Source of the DNA: Nitrosopumilaceae archaeon
Lineage (GTDB): Archaea > Thermoproteota > Nitrososphaeria > Nitrososphaerales > Nitrosopumilaceae
Assembly (NCBI GenBank): GCA_965200155.1
Contig: CBDATR010000010.1
Location: 320,001-384,000, forward strand
Direction: 5' to 3'
Length of the DNA stretch: 64,000 nucleotides
Under the pieces are notes generated by a model. That model made no database searches and was not told the origin of the DNA. It saw only the letters and a program-made list of their open reading frames with translations. This document shows positions 63,226 to 64,000 of the stretch, piece by piece. How positions within the stretch are numbered: position 1 is the first letter of the stretch; every line of letters starts with the position of its first letter. The position numbers and the translations under genes were made by a program.

Positions 63226-64000
63226 ATGAACCGGTTCTACGGCAAGGATATCATATCCATAATGGACATGTCCAAGGATGATCTGGAGACCGTCTTTGCC
63301 ACCACCGGTGATATTATGTTCATGCCCCCGGACCGGCGGCGGGAACTGTGTCGAGGTCGGACGCTGGGTTACCTCTTTTACGAACCCAGTACCCGAACGC
63401 GGCTTAGCTTTGAGGCGGCCATGGCCTCGCTGGGGGGCAACTCGCTGGGCCTCTCGGATATGGACAACTCCTCGATGCAGAAGGGTGAGAGCTTGGCTGA
63501 TACTGTGCGCATAATGTCCGGATACTGTGATGCCATGGTGCTTCGTCATCCCCTGGACGGCTCCAGCCGGTTCGCCGCGGAGGTATCCCCAAAGCCGATC
63601 ATAAATGGTGGCAGTGGTACAGAAGAGCATCCTACACAGGCGATGCTAGACCTGTACACCATAAAGCGTGATCTGGGACGGATAGACGGGCTTACCATCG
63701 GCATAATCGGGGATTTAAAGCACGGACGAACCGTTTACTCATTACTGTATGGACTGGCACGATACAATGTTCGGGTGCATCTTATATCACCTGAATCCCT
63801 GCGTATACGCTCGGACTCTACGTACGAGATAAAAAAACGGATAACCTACCATGAGACCGAGTACATTGATGACTGCATTGATGATCTTGATGTTCTATAC
63901 GTGACCCGAATACAAAGGGAGCGGTTCCCCGATACCGAGGAATACATCAAGGTGCGTGGCAGCTATGTTGTGGGTCTGGATATGCTGAGCCGCATGAAGG
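63226..64000 (+). CDS. pyrB: Aspartate carbamoyltransferase catalytic subunit (runs off the window end)
   Basis: Manual translation from ATG 63226: LFYEPSTRTRLSFE, KGESLADT, HPTQAMLD, GDLKHGRTV and YVTRIQRERF. Confidence 0.96.
   Translation, partial: MNRFYGKDIISIMDMSKDDLETVFATTGDIMFMPPDRRRELCRGRTLGYLFYEPSTRTRLSFEAAMASLGGNSLGLSDMDNSSMQKGESLADTVRIMSGYCDAMVLRHPLDGSSRFAAEVSPKPIINGGSGTEEHPTQAMLDLYTIKRDLGRIDGLTIGIIGDLKHGRTVYSLLYGLARYNVRVHLISPESLRIRSDSTYEIKKRITYHETEYIDDCIDDLDVLYVTRIQRERFPDTEEYIKVRGSYVVGLDMLSRMK

Noticed and set aside
63211-63630. Long N-terminal extension of pyrI in the ORF track
   Set aside because: It is the antisense of pyrB; pyrI starts at ~63186.
1-64000. tRNA, rRNA, cas genes, reverse transcriptase or integrase
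   Set aside because: None recognised in the sequence or the ORF track.

Overview
This window is chromosome from an ammonia-oxidising archaeon (Nitrososphaerota, Nitrosopumilaceae/Cenarchaeum-like). A host-associated lifestyle is inferred from the IS load, the FN3 surface protein and the repeat protein. Housekeeping genes include prs, tfb, queE, sepF, aCPSF1, psmB, egsA, ureF, MscS, a KamA-like radical SAM, cysQ, cysC, ndh, hsp20-cdc48, cyclophilin, cbiE, rpoL-tfs, amt, the A-type ATP synthase genes I/E/A/B/D/K, and pyrI/pyrB. The intergenic space is full of nested, decayed mobile DNA: IS5 (IS903-like and ISL2-like), IS481-like, IS66, 16 young copies of a 92-bp IS66-type MITE, and two further MITE families. 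Five observations stand out. (1) At three unrelated loci a 36-37-bp sequence is duplicated around a unique 35-37-bp insert, the geometry of ectopic CRISPR-spacer integration. One of these is confirmed by an 'empty' paralogous site in the window. (2) A TnpB-only element is bounded by 24-bp IS630/mariner-like terminal inverted repeats and TA ends, with a second remnant copy and related MITEs. (3) Hybrid IS66-end+MITE elements carry their own 8-bp target duplications. (4) A G13 tract puts the signal peptide of an FN3 surface protein out of frame (candidate phase variation). (5) A ~1250-aa protein is built from three nearly perfect tandem-repeat blocks. All calls are by eye; no database searches were run.
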